From Azolla caroliniana (taxonomy: Eukaryota; Plantae; Polypodiophyta), in contig JBHGNT010000017.1 in NCBI GenBank assembly GCA_043228905.1, positions 5,394,001 to 5,458,000 on the forward strand: a stretch of DNA of 64,000 nt, read 5' to 3'. Positions within the stretch are counted from its first letter, which is position 1; the number at the start of each line of letters is the position of its first letter. The position numbers and the translations under genes are program-made. Under the pieces are notes generated by a model, which saw nothing but the letters and a program-made list of their open reading frames with translations, had not been told where the DNA came from and ran no database searches. This document shows, one piece after another, positions 50,701-64,000 of the stretch.

Positions 50701-53470
50701 CACGTTAACATGATCCACCCTAAAGGATGATCATATTGAGATATATGATATACATATGAATGCGTTTTTACACAAGATTGAATGCAACATTGAATGCACA
50801 TTAAAGAGCAAGTGAGTGTACTACATTATGTATATGTGGACACACTATGAAGAAAGAAATACACAAGTGTGTACACACATATGCATAAATGGGTCCAAAG
50901 TTCAAACATGGGATCGTGTTTCTTTCCTAGGTGGGTTGGGTTTCTAATAGATATTATCATATTAGTAGTAAATAGTAAATATAAATTAAAAAAACAGTTG
51001 TTTTTAAAAAAGGAAAAGAAAAAAAGATTGTAGCTATTTGGATGTTTTCGATCGAGATACGGTCTTTATTTATCAATTTTATTGTTTTTATATACATAAA
51101 TTGGTAATGGGGACGTGGTTTTAAAATAAAATAAAATTCGAGTATTTTCATGAATTTAGTTGTTTTTTTTGGAGAATAAAAAACCGTTTTTTGTTTTGTC
51201 TTTCCCTTCTTCTTCTTCCTGTCAACATCGCCAAGATCCTTTTTATTATGCAAATTGGATAGCATTATTATATACATATAAGTACATTTGTAATTTCCTT
51301 TTTTATTTAAAAGCAAAACAACTAAAATAGCAAAATAAAAACCAAAATGGTTCATAATCAAAGCCCACCTACTTTTAATGATGAATCATTTTCCCATACA
51401 AATTCACACAAACACCACATATACTTCACAAATCTTCAAAACCTACTTGGCTTTCACCTTCTTCGAACGAACACCTTGCCAATGAAATTGTGCCGTCGCT
51501 TTTTGAGCTATCTTGGCACCCAAAGTTTTGAACACATTATTCAACATAATGTACTTTGTTGGTACATCTTTTAGTTTTCCATACTTTGCACATACAACCA
51601 ATGAAGACAAAAAGTGGCACTCTTCTCAACCCTTCTGGGGTTTTCTATTGTTGGCACACAATTATAGCATTCGATGTACACAACGTATTGTCGCCTTTGG
51701 TCTTATGAAACACAAGACTTATGATTGGACTGCGACGTTTTTCTCTTCATCCATTATTGTGTAGAAAGAGTTCCGATAAGGTTTGAAATCTAATGTCCTT
51801 CATCGTTTAGTCTCATGTTTTTAAGGCACATGCCGACCCACCCATCCTTTTACATTTTGTTTCATATTGTGTAGGGGATGTCATCACACAAGGTGACACA
51901 ATATCCCCACACTTGTAAGGATAAGAGCCTGTGCCACGTTAAGATAGAGACATTATCCTCGTAGAAGGTAGTCTTCATTTCAAGTTTCCGTGCAATAGCT
52001 CAAAATTATAGAAAATAAATACAATGCATATATTTTCGATGAAAGATGTTTGAATTATGTAATTATGTATCAATATCTTGGATACAAGATAGATGATTAG
52101 AGAGATCGTCGTGATTGTAGAGAAAGAGATGTGAATGATTAATGGGAGGGGTGAAGCATGAGCTCCACGATTAGTTAGAGACAACCAGTCAATGCTTATA
52201 GTTTAGTGTCACCCAGGACCCTCATAGTGTTGCAACACACGAGCTTGTTCAAGGGCCAAAGCAATGAAGATGATCAAGAAGGAAAAGAATCTAGATTATG
52301 AACAAGAGGACAAGACAAGATTGACGTGAATGTGCTAGAGACGTGTGTTTAGAGATGACTAATCAATTTTTATTTAGATGTCACCTTAAAGTGATGCCAT
52401 AGAGTTTGTCAATGGCCAAAGCCAAGAAAAAGAAGTGAAGGAGAATAATTCGGATTATGAAAAGAGTATAAGATTTACAAGAATGTGGAAAAGGCTAGTG
52501 TTCAGAGGTGATTGGTCAATGCTTATAGTCTAGATGTCTCCCCTCAAATTATGCAATAGATGAGATGGTCAAGCTCTATAGGCAAGAAGACGGAAAAGAG
52601 TTTGGAGTACGAAGAAGAGGATAAGATTTATAAGAACGTGTTGAAGACTAACGTTGAACCAAAGTTGTTCAATAATCAAAATAATTTTCATGTACATAGT
52701 AATGTCGAACTCATGGATGGTCACCACTTGGATATAATGTGTAGCTATCAATGAGATGCTATTATATTATTGTTATCATAGAATGTGATTACGGTTGAAT
52801 CCTCTAATTATAATAGAGACAATGAATTTGAATATTGAAAAAGGCTATGCACTTGGTATATATTCTCATGACACTATTGTCAATGATGAGTTCCATGAGT
52901 TGAAAGGCATGACCTAGGACTTGGTTGGTCGAGATAACAATGACGAAATTCTTTAACAAGAGTTGGGGCATTAGGAAGATTCTCGATGGGCTCTTAAGCT
53001 TGATCCCCGGGCTTACCACCTAATCAACGCAGAAAGTAATATAAATTGTTATGTATGCCCTTAAAATAGTGTCAATATGATTCTCTAGTGTTTCAATATT
53101 CTCTCATAAAGCTACATCTCACTCGGGCCTTCTTCTTAAGAACTACCTTGAGGTCAACATGTTGGAAGGTGTGGGTTTTTTCCACTGAAGTGGAACCCAC
53201 AACTATAAAAAGAATAAGTAAAAAAGCAAAGGCCTATGTGCGCAATTTCAAGACCCCCATTTGTTTATTCTTAATATGCCGTCATAGAGGGATACCGTAA
53301 CGGAGAAAACCAGATAAATCAAAGAGAGTGAGAGATAAAAAACACAGAGCGAGAGAGAGAAGTAGAATGAGAGAGAGTTGATGTTGGATTTGGTATGTTG
53401 TATATTGACAAATGTTTATGGACTTGTTTATATTTTGTGGTTTGAAGAGTTTCGTTTATTATTATATGTA

Positions 53471-53726
53471 TACATACATACATACATACATACATACATA
53501 CATACATACATACATACATACATACATACATACATACATACATACATACATACATACATACATACAAACAAACATACATACATACATACATACATACATA
53601 CATACATACATACATACATACATACATACATACATACATACATACATACATACATACATACATACATACATACATACATACATACATACATACATACATA
53701 CATACATACATACATACATACATACA
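53471..53726. repeat. (TACA)n microsatellite, about 64 units
   Basis: Direct inspection; interrupted once by CAAACAAA. Confidence 0.98.
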
Positions 53727-54719
53727 TGAAGTTGTATAAGATCACGATAACATGTTGTAGAAGACGGAATGTAAATATTGATGTTGATAAATATGTTTTG
53801 ATATTGGATTTGGTATGTTGTTTATCAAAACATAAATGAATCACCTTATCTTTTAATGTTACTATGAACAACTTGCTTGATATGAAACTATAAACATTCC
53901 AACTTTGTCATATGAATATATCTTGTTTGCAGCCAATGTTGGGACACACTTTCTTGACCCCTATTAAAAAAATGTAGTAACAAGACATGGAGTTTCTTCT
54001 AACCTTGTCAACCTTCCTTCAAAACTTATTCATTGGAGGGATTAGATGAGGCGACAAGCTATTCACAAGATTATATTAGTTGATTATCCTTTGCACCAAG
54101 CATACTCTCTATCAAGATGACTCCCATTCTGGAGATAGTGCACAACTGATTAATTATATAATCCTAAAGTGGAGATAGAAAAAGCTTGTTAATAGTTCAA
54201 TTTTTTCGTTGTTCCTATCTTGCTTGCATAGATGGTTACTTGGTCCTTCAAATTTATTTGTTGATGGCCCAATTGGTTGCTAAAATTGATGACATTTTGT
54301 TTACATTCAAAGCTAGACCAAGTTTTTAATGAGTTTTTATATGTAAAACTCAGGAATTTTGTTTTTTGAAACTGTTTTTGATATTTTTGGGTAATCTTAG
54401 ATTTTTTAAAAAAATAAAAATGGTCTCTTAAGACATTTCAATCAGGTTAGGTGCAGGTAGCCTGGTTGTAAATTCGGTCTTGGGTAAGAGAAAAGGAGGC
54501 CAGGTTTGAAACTTTGTATCGGGTTAGGTGTGACTAAGTCTTGGCTAAGCTGGGTTAGATGTGGCAAAGCCGGATTGGTTTTTGGGCAGGCACGTTTTTT
54601 GGAGAATGATCCGATGGTGCAGATAATACGTCTCATTTGAAACGTGCCCCCTGTACCGTCTGTGATCGTGATTTCCTCACCAAGCCTCACTATGATTTGG
54701 TTCGAAATAGGAAGCGAGC

Positions 54720-54737
54720 ATATATACATACCTAACT

Positions 54738-54779
<42 letters not shown>

Positions 54780-54905
54780 CTATGTACATAGATACATAGA
54801 TACATATATACCTATGTACATACATGCATACATACATACATACATACATACATACATACATACAAATACGTACATATATACGTACATATATACGTACATA
54901 CATGC
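54720..54905. repeat. Compound (CA)n/(TACA)n microsatellite
   Basis: Direct inspection. Confidence 0.9.
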
Positions 54906-56920
54906 ATGCATTGTCGTTCATCTTTAGCCTACATAGTAATTTAGCTCAAGCATGCTGCCCCTTCTTCTTCTTCTTCTTCGTCTACAACAATGTTGAAAGG
55001 TAATGTTTCGTGAAGAATTTCTTATTCTTTCCTTGTATGTATGTACACACACGTAGTCAATGTGAAATGGCAAAAGGAAGTTTTCAGTGATGTAGAGATT
55101 GATACGACACAGGCTCGTATGCGTTCAAATGTCAGGTATTCAATCTCACTAGATTGTTCTAAAACGGAAGAATAGAGAGCTAAGAGAGAATTTTGGTTTT
55201 GTGAAGAAAAACTTTGTTTCTGAAAAAGGGGGGGAAAACAGAGAAAACATTGGTTGTATACTCTACCTCACACACTATGTCTCGGAGGGGTTTTACTCAC
55301 ACACACTCCAAACTCTCTCCCCACACACTACTAAGTGGAAGACCAGTTTTGGCCACACTTAGCATGTATGGGGTATACATGTATAACAATCTCCCACTAA
55401 AAGGCCTAAACTAGGAGTACGAATAATGCATCCCAATGTTTCTTACCAGGATTTAACATGAATCGACTTATTGCTCTCACTACAAATGCAATGTCTGGTC
55501 TAGTAACCACCATGGCGTACATAAGACTCCCAATTGCGGATTGATAAGGAACCTTGGACATGAATTCCTTGTCCTCAACAGACGTGGGGCAATCATATGT
55601 AGGCAATGAAGTGCTCAACGGTTTTGCATTCTCCATATTAAACCTCTTGAGCACTTTCGATATTTACTCAACTTGAGACAAGTAAATGCATCGCTTACTC
55701 CTATCATGAGTAATACGCATACCAAGAATATGTTTTGCGTCTCCCAAATCCTTCATGTCAAAAATCTAGCTCAAGTTTTTCTTCAATAAGGATAACTCAT
55801 CCTTGTTTTTACCAACGATAAGCATATCATCAACATAGAGTATCAACATAATGGAACTCTCATCTGAACATTTTTTCGTATAAAGGCAAGAATCCTCATT
55901 GCTTCTAGTGCACCCCTCAGTCTTCATAAAAGCATCAAACTTTTGGTACCACAATCTGGGGGGGACTGCTTAAGCCCACACAAACTCTTCTTGAGTTTAC
56001 ATACCAAATGTTCTTTTCCCGAGATTTCATGACCTTCTGGTTGTTCCATATAAATATACTCATCAAGGTCCCCATGTAAAAAGGCAGTCTTCACATCCAT
56101 TTGGACTAATTCCAAATCCTGATTTGCAACCAATGAAAGCAACATATGTAATGTAGTCATCTTAACTATAGGGGAGAAGGTTTCATCAAAATCAACTCCA
56201 TGTTCTTGCTTGAAACCTTTGGCTACCAAGTGTGCTTTATACTTTGGGGAAACACTATCGGACGTATACTTGTACTTGTATACCCACTTGCATGGTAATG
56301 CTTTCCTGTCCTTTGGCAAAGGTACTAAATCCCAAGTACCATTCTTATAAATACTGTCAAATTCACTTTGCATGGCATGCTCCCACTTAGCATGATCACT
56401 AGCTAGCATAACGTCTTTATAGCAAGAAGATTCACCTGCATCCGTTAACATCACATAGTCCGTGAGCTTAGCAGGTGGCCTAGAGACATGAGTAGATCGT
56501 CTCACTGGTTGCTAAACTGGAGTCAGACTGTTTTTAGGTTGTACACATGCATCCTCATTTTGAACATCCTCATATGGGTGAACATTTGTAGGACTGTTCG
56601 GCATAGGTGTGGAATTATTCTTTTGCACACTAATAGAGGGTGTAACATCTTGAAACGCCACTTTCCTCACTTCCACTTCCTTAATTGGCTGCTTATGCAT
56701 AATCTTTTCATTGAAAATGACATCACTACTTCTAATTATAGTGCGCGTTTCAGGATCCCACAAACGATATCCAAATTGACCATCTACGCCATAGCCAAGG
56801 AAAATACATTTTCTGCTCTTAAAATCTAGTTTTTGCCTTAATTGTTTTGGAACGTGAACATACGCTTCACATCAAAATACCCTAAGATGATCATAGTTTG
56901 GGGTTTTTCCTGTCCACAAC

Positions 56921-57605
56921 CAGCGTTGGGCAAAGTCCCAGGAATAGTGTCAAGGTTCCGGTTGAATTGGGACTTTTGCCGATCACCACGAGAGATAGCC
57001 GGAATTGATTTCGGCCAGGTTTTCCACATGGCCGGAATGTAGCCGGTTCATATTTTATGAGCTGGCTATTTATATAGATTAGAAAAAGGTTTTGTATATT
57101 TATGTAAATATTTCTTTCCCCCCTCTTTTTCTCTATTCTTCCTTTTTTTTTATTGTTCATGAATCATGAATCACTGCTTTCCCTCTTCGTGCTACTCGTT
57201 GCTCCCTATCTGTTCCATTCTTAGCGTAGCGCTGCTCCATTCTTTCTTCTTCGCGTCACGTTCTTCCATTTTTTGCTACTCCTTCCTTGTTCCTTGCTCG
57301 CTCATTGTTGATTGCTCCTCCCTGCTTGGCTCCTTCCCGCTTGCTCGTTGCCCATTGCTCCTCCTTGCTCACTTGTTGCTGATTGATCCTCTCTACTCAC
57401 TCGTTGTCGAATGTGCCTCCCTGCTCACTCGTTGTTGATTGCTCCTCCCAGCTCCCCCATTGTTGATTGCCCCTCGCGATTTCCTGCTCTTCCCTCTTCT
57501 GCAGAACCATCGCCTTCACCCCTCCCGACACACACGTCAACGTCAACGTTCAGTACACAAAGAATCCTTCTCCCCTTCTCCCTCTCTCCCTCCCTCTCCC
57601 TCCCT

Positions 57606-57651
<46 letters not shown>

Positions 57652-60600
57652 CTGTTTCCTGCTCTTGTTACATGCGCACGTTCATGAATCGCTTCAAACC
57701 AATGTATGTATACCTGTTTTTGTTCGTCCTCGATCCCGTCTCCTTTAAAGCATTAAATTCATGGAGCCTCTTTAAACTACATTGTGCATCATTTCATTTC
57801 TGTGTATCCCATTCTCTCGTTCTTTTCACGTGTTCTTTTTTTAGCCTAAAAGTCCCATCTTTCTTCATCTTCTTTCGAATAAGCTTATGTTCTTTCGTCA
57901 ATAAAGGTGATTTCTTGTTCAGATTGTGTTTGATATACGGGAGATCATTCTTGTTTTCTCCCTCAAAGTAAAAAATGGAAGGAAACATTCTTAGGTTTAA
58001 GTTAAATACATTATGTATTTTGATTCAGTTATATGCTTCGATTTTAACTTCACATAAAATTTGCAGCTCGTTGTTGGTTGCTCCTCCCTACTCGCTCGTT
58101 GCCGATTGCTCATACATGCCTGATTGTTGCCACTCTACCACTCTAGTACGTATGTTTGTCTTTCTCTGTTTATGAATTCTCTCTATTTTCTCTCTTTTTT
58201 TATTATCTATTTTCTCTGTTTTCAAATAACATAACCATCTGAATAAGTTATGACATTGGAGAATAAGAGTAAATAGACTATGGATGCTTCATATCCATGT
58301 GATTGAAAACTTACAAATGTAAAATAACTAAATGTTTGTTGAATTCCAAATTAACAATTTGCACTTAATTGTGTGCTTTTAATCACATTATTAAGGCCAT
58401 CAAATTATTGCAAGTCGTATGTTTACATTGTGCAAAATGAGGAGGCTCTAGTAAATCTATTCTATGGCCGACCTCAACAAAATATTGAATTCGTATAATA
58501 GTCATGAAGACTTAAACATCTACAACATTGTTATTTGTCACATTCGCTCATGATTAAATTGTGCCATTTGTGAAAGTACACAAATCACCTAATTGCAAGG
58601 AACAAGTGATAAAGTCATGTCAAGGGCCTCCAAGTTCCATCAACCATAAACCCTTCAAATGATGAGGAATTTACATTCATGCAAGGAGTATATGTCGGAG
58701 AATGCATTGAAGATTTACTTATAAGTATTATGTTTGTCTTTTGAATATAAATCAATATAATTGTCACGACTCACAACATAATATCTAATTTTGTATCTAA
58801 TTTTGTCACACCCACATACATAGATATATTTCACGCAGAGGCTTAATTGTAAAACAAAGAATGTCTATTTCTCTATACCCAAGTATCCACACCAATGTTT
58901 GATTGTCAAATGTGTTTCATTTATTACAAGCCTTTAGATTGAAGAAGATGGCTATCTACATGCCCCAAAAGTTGGTCAATTTTAGATATGCTAGCTGAAT
59001 TTTTCACTAACAATACAATCTTCCATCATAGTATTCGTACATTTTAATACAAAGTCTGATCAAATTCTCGATTTTTTTTCATACATGTTATCACATATGT
59101 ACAAATTTGCATGGCACAAAATTTGTAGCAAGGACATTTATCTTTAGTGACAATAGCAAGAGTGTTTGATTGATCAATTTTTCATGACAAAATGTTCATT
59201 TAATTGCATTTGTATTGTCCTCTTGTTTTAATATATAGACTACCTTTTTTCTTTGCATCCTTTCCTTCAATATGGTTTGCAATATATTTGTTTCCTCAAT
59301 CTCTTTCACATTTACATACATGGATTTGCATGTGTGTAAGCTAATGTGAGCCATTCTCTTTCTTCTTTATTTTTTGATAGATTGGAAGATTTATAGTGGA
59401 AACTTGATCCTTATTGCCTTGTAATCTTCAAATATCCTAGGTATCTTAATTTGTTTTTTCTCTTTGGGAAACATGGATTGTGTATGTATGTTTCACCTTC
59501 TCGTAAATGGAATCCATATATTATGTTAGTCCAACGTTCTCTACATTATTGTTACAGTATGTCCCACAACCAAAATACGAAAGGCAAAGGAAAACAAATC
59601 AGCCTCTTTACAATGCTTGGTTTTAGGGAAAACTTGCCATCTTGCAATGAAGATGTGTCTCTAGAAGAGCCTATAAAGGACCATCAACACTCTGAAGAAT
59701 TACTTCATGAGATGAATCGAATTAGTAAGGCCAAACTAAAATTTCAAGAAGATTGGCTTACTAAATTTAAGTGGCTTCAAGAGGATTTGGAAACTGGTCT
59801 TTTATGGTGTAGTTATTGTAGGAGTGATCCTCATTGTAAGTCTTCATTTGGCAAAACAAGTGCCAAAAACTTTAAGACTTCTGCATTAGAAGAACATGCA
59901 AGAAGTGTGGCCCATCGAGATGCCATTTTGTTACAAGAACGAGACAAGAACGGTATTGAAAAATGTGCATAAAAAAAAGCTAGTGTGGATGTAGCAATTG
60001 AAAAATTGTTTAAATGTGCATATTTTATAGCTAATTGGAAAGCCTCTTATGATTGTTAAGAGAATGTGGTGTGGAAGGCCTTCCACAAATATATAAGGAT
60101 AATAAGGTTTGTGCAAGCTTTATCTTGCACATTAGCAAGGCTCTTGAAGTTGAGATCTATGATAGGATGAGGAAAAGTCATTGCTTTGGACTTATGGTAG
60201 ATGAAGCTACCGATGTAAGCCTAACCAAGAACTTGATCCTTTACGCCACATTTGTGGAAGGAAGGCAAATAAGAACCTCTTATTTGGGGTTACTTGAAGT
60301 AGAGGATGGTACATCGAACACAATAACAGTTCTAAAGCATTTTAGAATTGTTAAAAAAGTGGAAGTTAGATGTTAGAAAAATGATGCGATTTGGAAGTGA
60401 TGGAGCATCTGTTATGGTAGGTACGTCTACAGGTGTTGCTACAAGATTGAAGTCATATAACCCATTTATGACTTCATTACATTGTTGTGCACATCAAACA
60501 AACTTGTGTGTGCAAGAGGCTTCAAAGAACATTGAAGTCAAAGAAACATTGCAAGCAGTTAGATGCCCTTGTGAATCGGGTGGCTACACATTTCTCGAGG

Positions 60601-62122
60601 AGCTCAATGCGCCAAGGTGAATTAAGTAAGATGCAAGATGCATTAGAATACACACATTTGCATATTCTTTGGATTGTGAAGACACGATGGCGTAGTCGGC
60701 ATGGTGCTATCATGGGGGTATGTGATGTGTATGAAACCTTGATGAAGACTTTGCAATCGCAAAGTGATGCATACAATGTATTCTTAAGTTTAAGAAACTT
60801 CAAAGTAGTGTATATGCTTCACTTCCTTGCAGATGTACTTAAGATCATGTCAACGTTAAGTATGGAATTTCAAAAGGAATATGTGGATGTGACATGCATT
60901 GGAGGTTTGACTATGATAGCCATTGGGGAGATAGAAGAACAATTTCTACATCATGTTATGATGGATCTCAATGGTTTTGAGAAGGATAGTTATAATTATC
61001 CAATTATTCCAGAATATGGTAGAGAAAAAGGAATGCTTTCAGTTTTAAGAGACACTATTAAAGGTAATATGTATAAAAGCATCCTCATGGATAGAAGTAT
61101 TGGTGATGAGGACTTAATTGAAGCCATATGATTCCAAACTTTGTTTTCTAAGGCATTAATAGAGACAATAAAAAAGAGGCTTCAAGATCCGGTAACCCTT
61201 TCCGCATTGAAAATGTTATCACCAATAAACATTTCTATCGGATCTATAAGCATTTTAGCACGAAAAACTATGGGTCTTAACGAGTTGAAAACACTTGGAA
61301 ATTTTTATGGCATTCAAAAAATGGTAGATGGGAAAGCGTTTTCTCCCATAATTGATAATGATAATTTGTATGATGAATATGCAATTTTCAAAAGGCAAGC
61401 TACCACGGAATGGCTTGGGAGAGATTTCTTAGATGTTTGGGGTATGATAAATTGTAATGATGTGTGGAAAGAAAAGCTACCTGAACTTCTAAAGCTTTCA
61501 TTGATAGGGTTAATTCAATGTTCTTCTACAACAACATGTGAGAGAGGCTTTAGTCGCCTAAATGTAACAAAAAATAAGTTTAGAAATAGGCTAAACACAA
61601 TGTGGTTGATGCATTGATACGAATCTCTATTGAAGGACATGAACTAGAAGAACATGACTTTAGTGCCAACATTTTGTTGTGGCGAGAAAGCAAGGCATAT
61701 CGTCATATTTTTACATGAACTTCTCATGAGCATGATGATGACATCGAGGACTTCATGGAAGATATAGATTAAAACTTTGTAAATTTGATCGATTTTGTTT
61801 TGGAACTTTCTATATATTAGATCTAATATGCTATTAATGCTACTTTACAAAGGTTTGAAAAGTGAATTCTGTTTATAAAGTTAGAATTTGTTTTTGGTAA
61901 ATATATATCTTTAGTTTTTGGGATCCAAAATTTTGTGATTGATTTGATTTGGTATTGTGTTAGATTTTTTTTTTTTGGTATGCAGCCCAAAAAAAAATTC
62001 AACATGTTCTGATTGGCATTGTTGCTGGTAGGAACGTGGCCGGCTAAAATTTTAAAATTCCGGTTAGGTTCATGAGAAGTAGGAAAATTTTCGGTAGGGG
62101 CTAGAGACTTTGCCCAACACTG
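56921..62122 (+). mobile_element. Complete hAT DNA transposon (5202 bp)
   Basis: 17-bp TIR CAG(C/T)GTTGGGCAAAGTC; exact 8-bp TSD TCCACAAC (56913-56920 and 62123-62130); removal restores copia QELWTGKNP. Confidence 0.96.
59559..61720 (+). pseudogene. hAT transposase (ZNF862/DUF4371-type) with stops and frameshifts
   Basis: TTF-type finger FQEDWLTKFKWL..WCSYC..H..H; MVDEATDVS; GSDGASVM; HCCAH; TRWRSR; CERGFSRLN..KNKFRNRL dimerization motif. Confidence 0.88.
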
Positions 62123-64000
62123 TCCACAACTCTTGCGCCACTTTCAAGCCTTTGCTAGTACTAGGTGATAGATTTATCACATGGACAGTAGTCCGAACTG
62201 CTTCAACCCAAAAACATTGCGGCAGATTTGTATGATGCAACATAGAAACAACTCTATCCTGGATGATTCTATTCATCCTTTCCGCCACACCATTTTGTAC
62301 CAAAGTGTAAGGGGTAGTGAACTCTCTACGTATGCCTCTAGACTCCCAAAAATCTCTGAACTCATGAGAGGTATACTCACCTTAAGCTTTATACCTTTTT
62401 CCGTCTTAACTGAGGCAAGCCATTTTCTAAAAATGGGATATACATCACCCTTTCCCTTTATGGGATACACCCACACCTTTCTTGTGGCATCATCGATAAA
62501 TGTAACAAAATACAAAGTTCTGCCAATGATCTAGTAGGCATAGGGCCACATACATATGTATGAACTAGATCCAAGGCTTGAGTAGAAGAATCAGAACGAA
62601 TCTGATGTACATTTCTCGTTTGTTTACCATATTTACAATGCTCACAAACTGAAAAATTAGAAAATGATAACACGCGTAAATAGCCAAAACGTGATAAAGT
62701 TTCCATTCCAGTACGAGACATGTGGCCTAAACGGTCATGTCAAATACAAGTCATAGGCTGTTCCGTGACTATCCAAAGATGCTCTTTTTGATGGACAACT
62801 AAAGGATAAAGTTCGGAACCAACTTTGTTCCCTTTGGCAATAACCATATTTCCTTTTGTAATACTAAAGGACTAGGAAACAAATATCACTTTAAAACCAA
62901 TGTTATCAAGTTGTCCAACAGACATTAAGCTACGAGTTTGCTCAGGCACATAACGTACATTTTGTACAATAAACTGAGAGCCATAAGAAAACTATACCAT
63001 GACATCTCTAGTGCCAATCACATCACACTGATGTGAATCTCCAAGTTGTACTATACCAAGTGGTTTAGCTTCGTATCGTGTGAACCACTCTCTATGTGGA
63101 GTCACATGAAATGAAGCACCAGAGTCCAACAACCATGTATGAGCAAGTGCATGAACAATATTAGCCTCAACATAGGTAGCATCATCATCCATGACCAAGT
63201 TTTTACTGTCTAAAACAGTAAAGTAGACACTATCCGCCAAGTGCAGTCTTATAGTGGACATGGTCAAGGCATTAAGTTCCTCCTAATCATCATCATCCAT
63301 GTCATTTAGCTTCTTCGCTTTGCTGCCTAAAGGCCTTGTTTGCTCTCTTTGAACCAATACATCATGTATCTGATTCTTCCACACAGCAAAATTAGATCCA
63401 TCAAATTTTCGGATCTCAATATGATATTTTCCCAAAAATGAATAGTTCTTGATTGAACTATTGCGACCAACAGAAGTGCTATTAGATGCATCCAACATTT
63501 CAGACTCCATGGGAGTAAACGACAGTATCAAGCAACAAAATACGATTGGGCAACAAAAACTAGTAACTAACTAACTTATGGCAAACTATCAAAAATTGAT
63601 ACCAATATTGCATGTAGCATGCACCATTGAAAGCATACAACTTCCAAAGTATCAGCCACCAACTGTCAAAAAAGACAGATAGCACTATTGCATATTGTTA
63701 AGAATTAGGTAATTACGCAAGGGTTAATTAGTACATAATTATGTGATTAAGTTAAGCGCGAAAGATTATGTGATATGTGTGTGTATCTGTGTGAGAGGAA
63801 GAGAGAGAGAGGAAGATACACTTATAAACAACCACAGATGGGGGATTATTAACTCTATGTTAAATTAGCATTATCATCATCAAATACAAAATACCCACAA
63901 TGAGGTATATATACATCTCATGCGCAAAGGTACACATATGTGAGTAGAATATAGGTACTAAGGTGTAAGTCCTATATTAAATGTACTTGGTAGTGGAGGA

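Larger units (their letters stand above)
55088..63604 (-). mobile_element. Decayed copia J (Tork/Tnt1-like) interrupted by hAT
   Basis: Gag IRKFDGSNFAVWK; PR WLLDSGASFH; INT YFVTFIDDATRKVWVY, QNGVAERMNR; RT QMDVKTAFLHGDL, LYVDDML; PPT AGTGGGAGAT before LTR start at 55388; RNaseH deleted; LTR far end and 5' LTR uncertain. Confidence 0.85.

Noticed and set aside
53319-53871. ORFs of MYVC/HTYI repeats
   Set aside because: Translation artefacts of the (TACA)n microsatellite
51380-54720. Possible decayed SWIM/MULE-like element or LINE fragments
   Set aside because: Only weak hints (GRHVP*KH-like); no TIR, TSD or continuous frame
63605-64000. 5' LTR of copia J
   Set aside because: Does not visibly match the 3' LTR near 55.1-55.4 kb; only a partial PBS-like TGGTATCAA

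Overview
Eukaryotic plant DNA, probably a non-seed plant such as a fern (inferred from the retrotransposon lineages). Positions 1-37.5 kb are a deeply nested LTR-retrotransposon cluster. It contains three Ty1/copia families, an Athila/Tat-related Ty3/gypsy family with a ~936-codon extra 3' ORF, and several tRNA-Trp-primed Ylt1/Phygy-like gypsy families, with many boundaries confirmed by TG..CA ends, PBS, PPT and TSDs. AT-rich intergenic DNA follows, then one intact intronless BCS1-clade AAA-ATPase gene (45626-47770), microsatellites, and a decayed copia carrying a complete hAT transposon (8-bp TSD). The most unusual signal is a tRNA-like Pol III A-box/B-box module in the U3 region of four mutually divergent gypsy LTRs. 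Element labels (A-J) are my own.
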